A stretch of DNA of 63,566 nucleotides, the filler included, from Stramenopiles sp. TOSAG23-2 (taxonomy: Eukaryota): the NCBI GenBank assembly GCA_900128395.1. It is 51 parts of 51 records of this genome, joined end to end, with 100 filler letters (N's around TTAATTAATTAA, not from the genome) between each part and the next. Parts side by side here need not be neighbours in the genome. Positions count along the whole stretch, not along the records: positions 62,430 to 63,566 come from LT653625.1; 50 more parts are not named here. The stretch is one strand, 5' to 3'. The first letter of the stretch is position 1, and every line of letters begins with the position of its first letter. The position numbers and the translations under genes were made by a program. The notes beneath the pieces were generated by a model. That model had not been told where the DNA came from. It saw nothing but the letters and a program-made list of their open reading frames with translations, and did no database searches. Below, piece after piece: positions 62,330 through 63,566 of this stretch.

Positions 62330-63063
62330 NNNNNNNNNNNNNNNNNNNNNNNNNNNNNNNNNNNNNNNNNNNNTTAATTAATTAANNNNNNNNNNNNNNN
62401 NNNNNNNNNNNNNNNNNNNNNNNNNNNNNATAGAAGCACGTAAATTAGTGAAAAAAAAGAAAGGTCCTGGACGTAGACCAAGGGGAAAGAAGTGAAAAAA
62501 TAAATATTTGGTGTGGTATGGGGTGTTGTGGGGTTCTCTCTGGCATTTCCCATAGTACGTAAATATACGTATTTCGTATTCTTCTTAAAAGTGTGTGTAA
62601 TACACTCTCTATCATACTCTAATCATACTCTAAAAAATACGAGGTCGTAGTGTTTTTTTTAAATTTTAAATGGAGATAATTACCTTCTTTCATATCACAT
62701 ATATTGTGAGTTTTAAAATATTTAAAAACATAATATATATAATATATATAGATATTAAAATGTTTCATAGTGTCACAAGAGAGTGTATTTTAAGGGCGCG
62801 GTAATAAAAGAATATTTTTTTTTATTTTTTCATATTTCAATATATGTTTTTTCAAAAAAAAGAAAAGTTTATTTTGTAAAAACAACCCTCTTTTTAATAA
62901 TTAAAATCACACCACACTCTCCCCATTTTTCTCCAATTTCTCCCATCTCATTTTTTACTCTTTACTCTCGCTGTGAAAAAATATTTTTTTCGCATCTCGG
63001 TCCTCCTCCTTGCAGATCTCCTACATACCTACGTAAATCTCTCTCCCCCTTGTCGCCATCTCC

Positions 63064-63566
63064 TCAATACCCTGACGAATTACTTCTACGAAATTGAAGG
63101 CGACGATTATTCTTTTTCTTTTTATTTGTTGATGATGGGCTATTATTTTTTGATTTTGTTTTACTTTTGTTTAATTCCATTTTACTTTGTTCATATGCTT
63201 CTTGTAATGTATTTAATTGTATATCAACTGCGTTTTTATTTGTTTTATTTTGTCCGATAATTCCACTTGTTTCCTCATAATCGTTCAAATTCATACTTGA
63301 TACTTTAGTTCCAAGTGGTATAGTATTGTTTTCCGTATCAATCCAACTTTTTCGAGGATGTTCCTTTGCACCTGGAACACTTTCTAAATAATGACGTTTT
63401 TGTACACTATAAACTTTTTGTAACATTCTTTCTAAATCTCGTAAACGTTCTTCCGTAGATCTACGATGAAAACGTGATGCTACTTTTAAATCAGCTGCTT
63501 TTAATAAATTCTCCATTTTCAATGCAAATTTACGTGGTTTTGGTATAAATTGTTTACCCCATGTCG
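63064..63566 (-). CDS. Unknown protein, C-terminal part
   Basis: Coding-like open frame to the stop at 63064. Confidence 0.45.
   Translation of the reverse strand, partial: TWGKQFIPKPRKFALKMENLLKAADLKVASRFHRRSTEERLRDLERMLQKVYSVQKRHYLESVPGAKEHPRKSWIDTENNTIPLGTKVSSMNLNDYEETSGIIGQNKTNKNAVDIQLNTLQEAYEQSKMELNKSKTKSKNNSPSSTNKKKKNNRRLQFRRSNSSGY

Noticed and set aside
1162-62429. Regularly spaced TTAATTAATTAA repeats as a biological array, and gene neighbourhoods across them
   Set aside because: They sit inside fixed N44 pads between length-sorted contigs, so they are concatenation linkers. ORF tails ending X...LIN and cross-contig synteny are artefacts.

Overview
This window is not contiguous genome. 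It is 51 unrelated short contigs (about 1,137-1,161 bp, sorted by decreasing length) joined by 50 identical artificial 100-bp linkers (N44-TTAATTAATTAA-N44), so gene order across linkers means nothing and most genes are truncated. Most contigs look like one AT-rich eukaryote using the standard genetic code, with GT-AG introns, poly-Asn tracts and a flagellar gene. By inference it is a marine flagellated protist, possibly a stramenopile single-cell or metagenome assembly. Recognisable fragments include asd, RPS11, PFKFB, CCDC96, a USP9/24/34-like deubiquitinase, rhodanese, cyclophilin, an MFS sugar transporter, and MORN, ankyrin, PDZ, WD40, GST and beta-lactamase-fold proteins. One GC-richer contig looks foreign and ends in an Illumina adapter, and several contigs carry near-exact tandem duplications that look artefactual. 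Best leads: a divergent FakA(DAK2)-DegV fatty-acid-kinase-like fusion; a TACGA-N1-4-TCGTA palindrome over-represented in non-coding DNA; an SF1 helicase-LRR fusion; an intron built from CAG|GT minisatellites whose branch point derives from the repeat unit; a CpG-depleted divergent RecQ; a DIRS-like RNase H fragment with inverted repeats; and two MITE-like elements. All protein calls come from reading motifs by eye; no searches were run.
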